64,000 nt of DNA, taken from positions 15,622 to 79,621 of the forward strand of contig CAKZTQ010000016.1 of NCBI GenBank assembly GCA_937921735.1. Reading direction: 5' to 3'. Made by a program: the position numbers and the translations under genes. This document shows, piece after piece, positions 54,758 to 64,000 of this stretch; the stretch's first letter is position 1; every line of letters starts with the position of its first letter. The DNA is from an uncultured archaeon. GTDB lineage: Archaea > Hadarchaeota > Hadarchaeia > Hadarchaeales > Hadarchaeaceae. The notes beneath the pieces were generated by a model. It did no database searches, was not told where the DNA came from, and was given only the letters and a program-made list of their open reading frames with translations.

Positions 54758-55756
54758 CTAGAATTCCCTCTTTGCCGCGAAATCCGCGAGTTCGAGCAGG
54801 AGCAGTTTGGCCTTGGAATTTGGCAATGCCTTTAACTTTGACTTCGCGGACGCGACGAATTCCTCGGCCTTTTTCTCAGCATACTCGATCGCGCCCGTTC
54901 GCTTGATCACCTCGATTGCAGCAGCGATTTCCGCTTCCGTCGCCCGCTCGTTGCCCAGCGCGCGGAATAGCTTCGCTTGATCGCTCGGTCCCGCGACCTC
55001 CAGCGCTCGGACCACCATCAGCGTGCGCTTACCTTCCCTTATATCGCTGCCTATGGGTTTGCCGAACTTGTCCCTATCTCCCGTCAAGCCCAATATGTCG
55101 TCTCTGATCTGGAAGGCCACGCCCACGAGCCTACCGTACTCAGCGAGCGCCCTTATTTGCTCAGGTCCCCCGCCCCCGAGAATCCCTCCGACCTTAGCGG
55201 AAGCCTCCATAAGAGCTCCGGTCTTGCTGTTCACCATCGCCAAGTATTCGGCCTCGCCGACATCTCGCTTGTCCTCGAACAGCATGTCCAAAGCTTGCCC
55301 TTGGCATATCTCAAAGCTCGCCTTGCTCACCGTCTCGAAGAGGTCCAAAGTTCTGTCTGCAGGGAGACCGAGCCGCCTCGCGTTCGCGGCAAGCGCTTCG
55401 AACACCTTCGTGAATAGTGCGTCTCCAGCTATTATCGCGATAGGCTCGCCCCAGATGGTGTGCACGGTCTTCACGTTGCGCCTGAATTCATCCCTGTCCA
55501 TTATGTCGTCGTGAATGAGGGTGAAGGTATGCAGGAGCTCGAGCGCCGCCGCCGCCTCGATCGCGTCCTCGACCTTGCCTCCAACCGCTTCGCATGAGAG
55601 GAGGGTGAGGCAGGGTCGCAACCGCTTTCCCCCCGCCTCCAGTAGGTGTCTGGAGGCCCTCGCGAGTATTTCTGGTTTTGTGTCGGGAGGAAACCATTTA
55701 TCCAGCTCCTCCCCCACCTTTCCGGCCAGTTCCGCTAGGTATTCATCAAGCTCCAT
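54758..55756 (-). CDS. idsA: Polyprenyl (geranylgeranyl) diphosphate synthase
   Basis: Carries the first (LIHDDIMD) and second (RDDILG) Asp-rich motifs. Confidence 0.8.
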   Translation of the reverse strand: MELDEYLAELAGKVGEELDKWFPPDTKPEILARASRHLLEAGGKRLRPCLTLLSCEAVGGKVEDAIEAAAALELLHTFTLIHDDIMDRDEFRRNVKTVHTIWGEPIAIIAGDALFTKVFEALAANARRLGLPADRTLDLFETVSKASFEICQGQALDMLFEDKRDVGEAEYLAMVNSKTGALMEASAKVGGILGGGGPEQIRALAEYGRLVGVAFQIRDDILGLTGDRDKFGKPIGSDIREGKRTLMVVRALEVAGPSDQAKLFRALGNERATEAEIAAAIEVIKRTGAIEYAEKKAEEFVASAKSKLKALPNSKAKLLLLELADFAAKREF

Positions 55757-57082
55757 TCACTCGCCCAACCTTAGGCACTCGCCATTTTGAAGTATATGTA
55801 TCCGCTCGTCCGGATACCCGAGCTGTCGCCCCATTTCGGCCATTAGCTCTAATCTGTCCATAGTGCCATGACATGGTATGAGATGTTCCGGCCTCACGAG
55901 TTCTATCAACTCCTTCGTCTCCTGCCGCCCGGCATGACCCGAGACGTGTACGTCCTTATGAACTCGGGCTCCTTGGGCGCGCAACTTTGCCTCCAGTAGC
56001 TCCCTATTGGACTCGTTTATCGGATTTGGGATGGTACTGGCCGAGAAGATTATCTCGTCTCCCTTCCTGATCTTCAACGGCAACTGACCATTCGCTATCC
56101 TTGTAAGGATGGAGGTGGGTTCTCCCTGGTGCCCGGTGACGATGAGCACGTAATCGTCTCTCGAGGCCTCGACCTCCTCGAGCAGGTTGTGTACCGCATT
56201 TGGGCGTCCGTGGATGTGCAACTCGGGCGGGAAGTCCACAAGGCCCAGCTTGGACGCGATGGTACAATAGTTGTGGAGGGATCGCCCGAGGATGAGGGGG
56301 GTGCGCCCGAACTCGTAGGAGAGGTCCACGATGGATTTGATGCGGGTGATGTGTGACGAAAAAGTCGTGACGAGGACCCCTCCCCCGCTGGAGATCGCAC
56401 TATTCATGACCTCGCGCAACATCTCCCTCGCGTGGGCCTCGGAGGGGGTGGGCCCCGGCTCGTTCATCCTGACGGCTCCGATCATCGCCGCCAGCACCCC
56501 TTCATCGCCCAATTGCTTGAGGCGGGAATAGTCGGTGGTATAACCCAGTAAGGGCTCATCGTCAAACTTGAAATCGCTCGCGTAGAGCAACGTGCCCGCC
56601 GGGCCGTGGATCGCCACCACCACCGTTTGCAGGATGCTGTGGGTTACACCAATAAATTCCAGCTTGATGTCGCCAATGTCCACGATGTCACCGGGCATAA
56701 CCGGCTTCAGTTCATTCTCGATGTCGAACATACGCTCCTCTCGGATCACGTGTCTAGTCAGCTCCACCGTGAAAGGTGTACCGTAAGCTGGCGCATCGTA
56801 CGCGTGGGCGAGCTTCCCGAAGGCACCGATGTGGTCCAAGTGTCCGTGCGTCAGCACTATTGCCTTTACATCTTTTCCGCGCAGCGCAGTATCGTCGGCT
56901 ATGCCGTTCATGCCTATAAGCTCCTCCCTGCTCATGCCACCGATGTCGACGTCCTCAAATCCTAGGATGGCGTCAAGTCTGATTCCCATATCGACCACCA
57001 CGTACTCGCCGTCGAAGCCGATGGCGGTCATATTTTTGCCGATCTCTCCGAGTCCACCTAAGGGGATTATTTCGATGACCAT
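55757..57082 (-). CDS. rnj: Ribonuclease J (beta-CASP metallo-beta-lactamase)
   Basis: LTHGHLDHIG with the beta-CASP pattern. The ATG at 57082 (MVIEIIPLGG) is preferred over the upstream extension that overlaps fni. Confidence 0.8.
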   Translation of the reverse strand: MVIEIIPLGGLGEIGKNMTAIGFDGEYVVVDMGIRLDAILGFEDVDIGGMSREELIGMNGIADDTALRGKDVKAIVLTHGHLDHIGAFGKLAHAYDAPAYGTPFTVELTRHVIREERMFDIENELKPVMPGDIVDIGDIKLEFIGVTHSILQTVVVAIHGPAGTLLYASDFKFDDEPLLGYTTDYSRLKQLGDEGVLAAMIGAVRMNEPGPTPSEAHAREMLREVMNSAISSGGGVLVTTFSSHITRIKSIVDLSYEFGRTPLILGRSLHNYCTIASKLGLVDFPPELHIHGRPNAVHNLLEEVEASRDDYVLIVTGHQGEPTSILTRIANGQLPLKIRKGDEIIFSASTIPNPINESNRELLEAKLRAQGARVHKDVHVSGHAGRQETKELIELVRPEHLIPCHGTMDRLELMAEMGRQLGYPDERIHILQNGECLRLGE

Positions 57083-57086
57083 CTCC

Positions 57087-58160
57087 CTACCCCCGGCGAA
57101 ATTCATCCGGGTTCAATCCTCGCGCTTGGAGCCATTCCCTCGTTTTGCCTAAGATGACCAATTCCACCTCATGTAGCTCCTCCACCCGCGCGCAGCCCGT
57201 CAAAAACATGGCGGCGCGGAGCTGATCGAGGAAGTTCCTCAGCCAAGCGACAACAGCTCGCTCACCCTTTGCCGCACATCTGAGGAGGGGGAGGGCGATG
57301 CCCACCGCGTCGGCCCCGAGCGCTATGGCCTTGGCCGCGTCCAAGCCGGTCCTGATCCCACCGCTCGCCACCACGGGTAAGTCAACTGCTCTCGCCACTT
57401 CCGCCACACAAACCGCCGTTGGGATCCCCCAGTCCCAAAAGATCTCACCCAGGCTGTTCTTGGGCCTCGCTCGAAGGGCCTCGACACCGGCCCACGAGGT
57501 CCCCCCGGCGCCGCTGACGTCGATGGCGGAGGCTCCGGCGCTCGCCAACCTCTTCGCCACGCTCGCGTTGATCCCTCCTCCGGTCTCCTTCGCTATAACC
57601 GGAGCATCGAGGGCTGAACAGATCTCGGCGAATTTCTCGATACATCCTCGATAACGGGGTTCACCCTTGGGTTGCACGGCCTCTTGCAGCGGGTTTAGGT
57701 GGATGGAAAGGGCATCTGCATCTATCATCTCCATAGCCCTGCGTGCCTCTTTTGGACCATAGCCCTGCGCTAGCTGGGCCATCCCGAAGTTACCTATGAG
57801 GAAGACATCGGGCGCAATGCCGCGCACATTGTAGGTGTAAGCGAGCTTCGGGTCTTCGAGCGCCGCGCGTTGACTCCCTACGCTGAAGGCCAAGCCAAGC
57901 TCCTGGGCCGCCGAGGCCAAGGCCAAATTGAGCTTTCTAGCCCTTCTGTGTCCACCCGTCATTGCACATATGATGACGGGCGCCGCCAGCTCCGATCCTA
58001 AAAACGGGATTCGGAGGTCGACGTCCTCTAAATCCAACTCCGGCAGCGCGTTGTGCACCAGTTCAACGTCTTCAAAACCCGTTCGTTTGTTGCGAGCCTC
58101 AACGTCTTTGGTCAAACAGATCTCGATGTGCTCGAGTTTACGGTTGGCGGTCTCGCCCAA
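57087..58160 (-). CDS. fni: Isopentenyl-diphosphate delta-isomerase, type 2 (FMN-dependent)
   Basis: A 357-aa protein with the IDI-2 TIM-barrel pattern. Confidence 0.85.
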   Translation of the reverse strand: MGETANRKLEHIEICLTKDVEARNKRTGFEDVELVHNALPELDLEDVDLRIPFLGSELAAPVIICAMTGGHRRARKLNLALASAAQELGLAFSVGSQRAALEDPKLAYTYNVRGIAPDVFLIGNFGMAQLAQGYGPKEARRAMEMIDADALSIHLNPLQEAVQPKGEPRYRGCIEKFAEICSALDAPVIAKETGGGINASVAKRLASAGASAIDVSGAGGTSWAGVEALRARPKNSLGEIFWDWGIPTAVCVAEVARAVDLPVVASGGIRTGLDAAKAIALGADAVGIALPLLRCAAKGERAVVAWLRNFLDQLRAAMFLTGCARVEELHEVELVILGKTREWLQARGLNPDEFRRG

Positions 58161-58164
58161 TGCA

Positions 58165-58962
58165 TCACCTCGCGATTATCCTCGTCCCCAGCCCTCGTTC
58201 ACCTAAAACCGCGCGCCTCAAAATACCAGGCCTTGCCGCGTTGACTATCTCCGCCTCCACTCCTAGCTCAGCAAGCGGTAGTAGCTCCTCGATTTTTTTG
58301 GACATCCCCCCCGTTGTGTCCTTGACCTTGGAATTGTTCGCGGATTTCGCTAGATCCCGCCAGCTTTCAGGGGTCACCTCGCGTACGAGCTTTGCGTCCT
58401 TGTGCGACTTAGGGTCCGCGGTGTAGAAACCGTCCACATCTACGCCCAAGATTACGCGCGATGCCCCCAGCTCTCGGGCGAGATACATGACGAGCTGATC
58501 GCCGGATAGGATGCTCATGCCCCTGCTCAAATCAGGCGCCACATCGCCGTAGAGCACGGGCGTGATGCCTAACTCCAGCAATTTTCGAATGGGCGCGAGC
58601 TCCATGGATATGATCCTGCCGTTCCTCACCACCGCGCATGCCGAGGGTTGAATGGTCATCGCGGGTATGCCCGCTTCCTTGAGGGCATCGACGACGTAGC
58701 GATTTAGTTCCTCCATGGCTCGATGCGTGAGCGAGAAACCCATGAGCTGCCGCTTGTACGCGTATCCCTTTGCTATGCCATACTTCGATGCGATCGGGTG
58801 TCCGAACGACCCCCCTCCGTGCACCACTATCAGCGGTTCCTTGGCTGCGGCCAGCTCCCTGGCGATCCGCCTGAGCGTTTCCCGCCTCACCGAGAATCTC
58901 CTTTGCTTGTCGGTTATCACGCTCCCGCCGAGCTTCACTATCAGGGGCTTCGTTTGGATCAC
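58165..58962 (-). CDS. ipk: Isopentenyl phosphate kinase
   Basis: [12 protein letters not shown]...[10 protein letters not shown] is the amino-acid kinase fold with the IPK pattern. Confidence 0.8.
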   Translation of the reverse strand: MIQTKPLIVKLGGSVITDKQRRFSVRRETLRRIARELAAAKEPLIVVHGGGSFGHPIASKYGIAKGYAYKRQLMGFSLTHRAMEELNRYVVDALKEAGIPAMTIQPSACAVVRNGRIISMELAPIRKLLELGITPVLYGDVAPDLSRGMSILSGDQLVMYLARELGASRVILGVDVDGFYTADPKSHKDAKLVREVTPESWRDLAKSANNSKVKDTTGGMSKKIEELLPLAELGVEAEIVNAARPGILRRAVLGERGLGTRIIAR

Positions 58963-59801
58963 CTAGTCACCGCGATGGAACAATACCCAACCACCTGGGC
59001 CATCGGGCCTGCCGTGTCGCCGCTGGTAGCGTACTTTAAGAGCTCCGCCCTTTTGGCCCCGAGATCCTTCGCCGCGCGCAACATGGCCGCCACGGGTCCG
59101 AAGCCACACATGCTTATGTCCTCTTCGTAGACGACCCTAAGCAGACCCCGCCAATCGAGAGCTAAGATCTTGTCTATCACTTTCCTATCCTTCGTCGTTG
59201 CAGATGTCTGAGGCTCGTAATGGGTTAGGTCAGTGGATGCGATGATGACCGCGTCTTTGCCTCTAGCTGCCTTGGCGATGGCTGAGCCGACCTCCTCGCT
59301 GGTCTCCTCGTCCTGCATCATCATGCAAATCGGCACGATGGCGAAGTCCTGCCCGAACAGATGTTGGAGGAATGGGAGCTGCACCTCTATCGAATGTTCG
59401 TGGGCGTGCGCCAGCTCGTCGACGTCTATCAGATCGCACTCCTTCCTGATCGCCTCCGCTAGCTGTCGGTCTACCCGAACCCTGCCCAAAGGCGTGAGCC
59501 ACTCGCCCGAAACCATCGCCGAGACGCCTGAGCCCAATCCCGTGTGGTTGGGGCCGAGGATCACCACCGAGTTGGGTTTTCCGTCCTTCGCCATGTAGGC
59601 AAACCCATGGGCCGCGACGGGGCCGGAATACATGTAACCTGCGTGCGGCGATACCAAGCCTACTAGCGAGCGTTTTCCTGGGCGAAGCTGGGGCACCTCA
59701 CCCGGACCGTGGGGATGGGTGTAGCACCACTCGATCTGTTCCCTGAGCGAGCCGGCATCGCCCTCGTAGAAGGTCCCGGCTACCGCGGGTCTTCGCATCA
59801 A
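58959..59801 (-). CDS. MEMO1-family protein (AmmeMemoRadiSam system protein B-like)
   Basis: MRRPAVAGTFYEGDA...SPHAGYMYSG is the MEMO1 signature. It overlaps ipk by 4 nt. Confidence 0.7.
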   Translation of the reverse strand: MMRRPAVAGTFYEGDAGSLREQIEWCYTHPHGPGEVPQLRPGKRSLVGLVSPHAGYMYSGPVAAHGFAYMAKDGKPNSVVILGPNHTGLGSGVSAMVSGEWLTPLGRVRVDRQLAEAIRKECDLIDVDELAHAHEHSIEVQLPFLQHLFGQDFAIVPICMMMQDEETSEEVGSAIAKAARGKDAVIIASTDLTHYEPQTSATTKDRKVIDKILALDWRGLLRVVYEEDISMCGFGPVAAMLRAAKDLGAKRAELLKYATSGDTAGPMAQVVGYCSIAVTR

Positions 59802-59805
59802 GGGC

Positions 59806-60450
59806 TCACCGCTCGGTCTTGGTCTCGAACTCTTCCACTGTGACGTTGAGCTCCTGATCGGGCGCCAGCTCGCCTCGCTCCCTCAACACCTGCCTCGCGA
59901 GCAACCAGTAGACGAGCGCTAGGGCCTTCCTGCCCTTGTTGTTGGTGGGGATGACCAAGTCCACATCCGCGGTCTCGTTGTCGGTATCGCAAAGGCCAAC
60001 TACCGGTATACCTATCTCCGCGGCCTCGCGAAGGGGTTGCTCGTCCGCGATGGGATCGGTCACGATGAGTATGCTGGGCTCCATGTATCCCGGATAGGAG
60101 GGATTCGTAAGGGTGCCAGGGATAAACCTGCCCACGATCGCCTTTCCGCGCGTGACCTCGGCGAACTTCAAGGCGGGCTGTTGTCCGTACTGCCTGGCCG
60201 AGACCGTCAGCACCTTCTCGGGCTCAAACTTCGCTATGAGCTTGCCGGCCAACCGGATTCGCTCGTCGGTCTTGCGCACGTTTAGCACGTAAAGCCCATC
60301 GGGTCTAGCGCGGTAGATGAAGGGCACCATCGCGCCTGTCTTCTGTCTAGTGCCTATGTGTACCCCACTCGACAGGTACAGGTCCAAATCGACGAGTACC
60401 TCTCCTTCAGCTATTTCGCCAGCTTCCATGGGAGACACCCCATTTTTCAC
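59806..60450 (-). CDS. rps2: 30S ribosomal protein S2
   Basis: [17 protein letters not shown]...FIPGTLTNP is the uS2 pattern. Confidence 0.85.
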   Translation of the reverse strand: MKNGVSPMEAGEIAEGEVLVDLDLYLSSGVHIGTRQKTGAMVPFIYRARPDGLYVLNVRKTDERIRLAGKLIAKFEPEKVLTVSARQYGQQPALKFAEVTRGKAIVGRFIPGTLTNPSYPGYMEPSILIVTDPIADEQPLREAAEIGIPVVGLCDTDNETADVDLVIPTNNKGRKALALVYWLLARQVLRERGELAPDQELNVTVEEFETKTER

Positions 60451-60560
60451 GAATTTCGCTGATGGCCGAAGTATGCCTCTTAACGCACATGTTTGTACCT
60501 AACACCACTGATACCGCAACGCAAAAAAGGTTATCGTGCTTCGGCTCGCGGTCGAGCCGC

Positions 60561-61850
60561 TCACTTGAGCGGCAATTCCCCCATCCTCGCGTTTGCGCCG
60601 AACTCGAGCTCGATGCGGATGAGCTCGTTAAGCTTTGCCACCCGCTCGCCGCCTACGGCGCCAGTCTTGATGATGGGACACCCTAGGCCAACGGCTAAGT
60701 GGGCCAGCGCATCGTCCGGCGTTTCACCAGAGCGGTGCGACATCACCGGCACGTAGCCATGCTCCTTTGCCAACCTAACGGCGGCGAGGGTATCGCTCAG
60801 GGTACCCACTTGGTTGGGCTTTATGAGCACGGAGTTCGCCGCCCCCATCCTGATGCCTTTTTTTATCCTGGCGACATTTGTGACGAAGAGATCATCACCG
60901 CATATCAAACATCCCTTCACCTTGCGGGTGAGCTCGGCGAAGGATCTGAAGTCGTCCTCCCGCAGTGGATCCTCGACGTAGAAGAGCTTGAAGGTCTGGA
61001 TGAGTTCGAGCATGAACTCTATTTGCTCGCCGGCGTCGCGGGCTATGCCCTCGCGTTCGTATACATATTTTCCCCTTTTCTCGTCGTACAGCTCGCTGGC
61101 GGCGACATCTATGCCTGGCCTTATCTCGAAGCCGACTTCCCCGCTGACCTCTTCGCAGGCCCGCGCCACCACCTCAAGCGCATCCAAGTTCCCCATGTTC
61201 GGGGCCCAGGCGCCCTCATCCCCCTTGCCCCCCGTGAACGTCTTGTCCTTCATCCCGGCCAGCTCTCCTACCCTTCTATGCACGCGGGAGTTGGCGAACG
61301 CCGCGTCCGCAAACTTTCTAGCGCCTACCGGTATGGCCAGGAACTCCTGTACATCCGGGGCCATCCTCCCCGCGTGCGCCCCGCCGCCGAGCACGTTCCC
61401 CAGCGGATACGGCAACGCGGTCGCCCCTTCGCCGCCGAGGTACCTGTAGAGGGGTAATCCCTGAGCCGCGGCAGCCGCCTTCGCGACGGCTATCGAGATG
61501 GCTACCGTTGTGTTTCCGCCTATCCTGCGAAGGTTCGATGTGCTATCGAGCTCTTTGAGGAGGGCGTCGATCTCCTGCTGGCGCTCGAGGTCCATCCCGA
61601 TCAGCCTCGGGGCGACGAGCTTGGCCACCTTTTCGATGGCCTCGTCCACGCCCCCCCTCGGAAAGGCCACCACCTCATGTCTACCCCTGCTTGCCCCGCT
61701 AGGCGCTGCTGCCCTTCCGAAGCCCACCACCTCGGAGCCATCCATCGCGGCGATGTCCACCTCGATGGTCGGATTCCCTCGGCTGTCGAGGATCTTGCGC
61801 GCGGATACCTTGCCTATGACCGCCGGCGTTCCATCACCATCCAAAAACAC
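60561..61850 (-). CDS. eno: Enolase
   Basis: [13 protein letters not shown]...SHRSGETED-like (SHRSGETPD) is the enolase signature. Confidence 0.9.
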   Translation of the reverse strand: MFLDGDGTPAVIGKVSARKILDSRGNPTIEVDIAAMDGSEVVGFGRAAAPSGASRGRHEVVAFPRGGVDEAIEKVAKLVAPRLIGMDLERQQEIDALLKELDSTSNLRRIGGNTTVAISIAVAKAAAAAQGLPLYRYLGGEGATALPYPLGNVLGGGAHAGRMAPDVQEFLAIPVGARKFADAAFANSRVHRRVGELAGMKDKTFTGGKGDEGAWAPNMGNLDALEVVARACEEVSGEVGFEIRPGIDVAASELYDEKRGKYVYEREGIARDAGEQIEFMLELIQTFKLFYVEDPLREDDFRSFAELTRKVKGCLICGDDLFVTNVARIKKGIRMGAANSVLIKPNQVGTLSDTLAAVRLAKEHGYVPVMSHRSGETPDDALAHLAVGLGCPIIKTGAVGGERVAKLNELIRIELEFGANARMGELPLK

Positions 61851-62002
61851 TTCGCCGAGGCGTATAAAGCATTAGCCGTCCGTTGGTCGCAAAACTAAAA
61901 TAGCCCGATGAGGAGGTGGCGGGACTTCGTAAAGGGTACCTTTGAGCGGCCGGGGGCGGTCGAGATCCCTTACTACAAGGGCGGGTTCGATGACACTTTT
62001 AA

Positions 62003-62932
62003 CTAGGCTGGGCCCCTCACCAGCTGGATCCTCCGACAGAAGGCGCAGGTCTCGCTCGAGGACGGCATCCCACAGGATTTGCACTCCACAAGCGGGGGTA
62101 GCGGAGTGGATCTCTCGAGCAGGGGGAGGACCTTGTTCACGTGAGATTTCACGAACGTATGCTTGAAACCGCGAACCTTGCCCGCCACGTCGTTGATCAA
62201 CCTCTTCCACCTCAGGCTCCTCGTGCCCGCCGAGAGAGGACACTCGACCGTCCTGAAGGGGATTCCTTGGTAAGATGCGTAGAGCAGGTCCTCCATCTCC
62301 GTCGTTTCCCAAAGCGGCTTAATCTTCGCCACGGACTTTGGGTGGATCGATGGCAGTACCGGCTTGAGCCTCACCAGTTGCTCAACCTTGCCGTGGAGGT
62401 AGTTGTTGAGCAACACCTCAGCAACGTCGTCCAAGTTGTGGCCGGTGGCGAGCTTGGTGAAACCCCCCTCGTACGCCAGTTTATTCATGAGGTAGCGCTT
62501 GATCGTGCCGCATGGCGAGCAGAGCCTCCGCCTGTAGACGGTCCTCCGAAAGTCGTCCATCGAGATTCCAAGCTCTTCCCTGAGGTCAAAGACCACAAAG
62601 TCCACACCTAGGTCCTCGACCAGCTCCCGGAATTTTTGCTCGCATTCGTCGGAGTAGCCGAAGATCCCCAAGTTGATGTGGAGGGCCTTGAGCTCCACAT
62701 CGGGATAAAGCTGTTTGAGCGCGAACAGGAGGGCTGAGCTATCCTTTCCGCCGGAGGCGGCGACGAGAACCTTGTCCCCCGGCTTTATCATCCCGTACTT
62801 CGAGACGGTCGACTTGACCTTCTTCTCGAAGAATTTCTTGAAGCACGCCGGGCAGAGGTTCAGCCTCGCGTAGTCGAGGTATATCTCGGCGCTAGCCCCA
62901 CAATGGTTGCACCTCGGTGCCACGGTGCTCAC
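62003..62932 (-). CDS. TtuA/NcsA-type tRNA thiolation protein (PP-loop ATPase with N- and C-terminal zinc fingers)
   Basis: Carries a PP-loop (AASGGKDSS), an N-terminal CNHCG...CPAC and a C-terminal CKSCG...CAFC. Confidence 0.7.
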   Translation of the reverse strand: MSTVAPRCNHCGASAEIYLDYARLNLCPACFKKFFEKKVKSTVSKYGMIKPGDKVLVAASGGKDSSALLFALKQLYPDVELKALHINLGIFGYSDECEQKFRELVEDLGVDFVVFDLREELGISMDDFRRTVYRRRLCSPCGTIKRYLMNKLAYEGGFTKLATGHNLDDVAEVLLNNYLHGKVEQLVRLKPVLPSIHPKSVAKIKPLWETTEMEDLLYASYQGIPFRTVECPLSAGTRSLRWKRLINDVAGKVRGFKHTFVKSHVNKVLPLLERSTPLPPLVECKSCGMPSSSETCAFCRRIQLVRGPA

Positions 62933-63005
62933 GCCCTTATGATTTTCTCCCGATGCCTCAAATGTGTTTCTCGCCGCGAAAAGAACATGTTTTGGGGATG
63001 GTCAT

Positions 63006-63142
63006 GGTGGGGCCGCCAGGATTCGAACCCGGGTTTGCGGGTCTCTCCGGAGCACCGCTCCAGCAGGTCATCATCTCGACATCAGTTGACCCACAACATC
63101 CGCTGGAGCCCGCCGTGCTAACCAAGCTACACTACGGCCCCA
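63006..63142 (-). tRNA. tRNA-Trp (anticodon CCA) with a ~60-nt intron in the anticodon loop carrying box C/D-like motifs
   Basis: Reverse-complement reading gives acceptor GGGGCCG/CGGCCCC, a D-arm, anticodon stem GCGGG/CCCGC, loop CUCCAG with CCA, a T-arm CCGGG-TTCGAAT-CCTGG, discriminator A and an encoded CCA. The intron (about 63044-63103) contains AUGAUGA and CUGA. Confidence 0.7.
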
Positions 63143-63625
63143 CCAAAGCGAGATTGGACGGCGAACATAAAAGTCTTGCTGGGGTGGAGCCAGTAGCCAG
63201 AACGAAAAGAATTAAAATAGATCTCGAAAAGTTTTTTCACCCTTGACTAAAGGCTTTCCGACTTTCTACAATCCGTTTCACTGATTTTAGCTCCGATAAT
63301 CATCATTCTGGCTTTCAGGTTTTCGACTTAACTCAAAAACTACATCATAAAGCATTAATTTTGAATAGACAAACTTTTATTATGTATGTTATGTATGCCT
63401 GAGGTTAAGCCATACCCACTAAAATAACTAACTTCCATGATGTTTAACGCAGCTAGGATCAAGAAACGATCCCCACATGTTGATCCAATCCACAACCGGA
63501 CCATATTCAAAGAAGTGTGCCCTATCTGCCCACTCAGCTTTATCGAACCTCTAACTAGTACAACATTTCAAGCACTTTCCTCATCCGTCAAGTAAAAGAA
63601 GTCCCCTTTTCGGAGTTTCCTCTTC

Positions 63626-64000
63626 TTAGAAACTCTTGGAAAAGTTAGAGAAGCTCTTGACTTTTCGCTTCGCTCCAGCCATCATAAGCCCTATTTCCGT
63701 AAGTCTCGCTTTGGTGGCCGAGAGTATTCCAACGATCTCCCCCTGATACATCACGGCGATTCGGTCACTCATTGAAATCACTTCATCTAGGTCTTCTGAG
63801 ATGAGGAGGATGGCCACTTTCTTCTTTTTCTGTTCCATCATTTTTTTGCGGATATACTCGGTCGCTCCGACATCAAGTCCTTTGGTCGGTTGGTTGGCGA
63901 TAAGCAGCTTCGGGTTCCTCGACAACTCCCTAGCCAGAATGAGTTTCTGAAGGTTCCCACCCGAAAGAGTTTTCGCCGGAGCATATATGCTGGGTGCCAT
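63626..64000 (-). CDS. ABC transporter ATP-binding protein, C-terminal part only; the gene runs beyond the window end. It is probably a sugar/nucleoside-type tandem-NBD ATPase.
   Basis: Carries the ABC signature LSGGNLQKL and a Walker B motif (ILLISEDL). Its GC content is lower than the window average. Confidence 0.6.
   Translation of the reverse strand: MAPSIYAPAKTLSGGNLQKLILARELSRNPKLLIANQPTKGLDVGATEYIRKKMMEQKKKKVAILLISEDLDEVISMSDRIAVMYQGEIVGILSATKARLTEIGLMMAGAKRKVKSFSNFSKSF

Noticed and set aside
62917-63246. 109-aa plus-strand ORF
   Set aside because: It lies antisense across the tRNA-Trp gene and the AT-rich spacer. The tRNA cloverleaf explains the sequence.

Overview
This 64 kb window is a high-GC (~62-65%) archaeal chromosomal segment. 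It carries leaderless genes with archaeal TATA boxes and several archaeal-only markers: ribosomal protein L41e, CTP-dependent riboflavin kinase, the isopentenyl phosphate kinase/type-2 IPP isomerase route, Trm11-type tRNA methyltransferase, F420H2:NADP oxidoreductase, and a tRNA-Trp(CCA) with an intron carrying box C/D motifs. Together these point to a euryarchaeon. Genes are densely packed and mostly housekeeping. They include a tRNA/nucleotide set (prs, trm11, rnz); an arginine biosynthesis cluster (argBDF and argGHCJ) split by a PadR-ABC transporter module; the suf Fe-S system; and three paralogous tungsten-type aldehyde:ferredoxin oxidoreductases (AOR) with a ferredoxin and two MoaD/SAMP-like proteins. 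The window also holds indolepyruvate ferredoxin oxidoreductase (IOR) with an ADP-forming acyl-CoA synthetase, a complete archaeal riboflavin operon, a mevalonate/isoprenoid cluster (GGPP synthase, Fni, IPK, MEMO1), glycolytic genes (pgk, gap, eno), rps2, and a TtuA/NcsA-type tRNA sulfurtransferase. I found no CRISPR array, transposase or integrase. The items most worth a second look are: (1) a five-gene operon of a DHDPS-family aldolase, AOR, two SIS-domain proteins and a C-terminally extended MoaD-like protein; (2) a tight four-gene operon of an RAM-domain regulator, a UPF0200 kinase-like protein, a UPF0201 protein and F420 reductase; (3) an apparently twice-frameshifted mscL inside a low-GC islet that also holds a ferredoxin-thioredoxin reductase and glutaredoxin pair; (4) a 50-nt perfectly identical tract shared by two otherwise diverged AOR paralogs; (5) an unannotated L41e gene; (6) the tRNA-Trp intron with a guide-RNA-like structure; and (7) a sharp drop in GC immediately beyond tRNA-Trp. 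Everything here rests on reading the sequence and the ORF translations; no database searches were possible.
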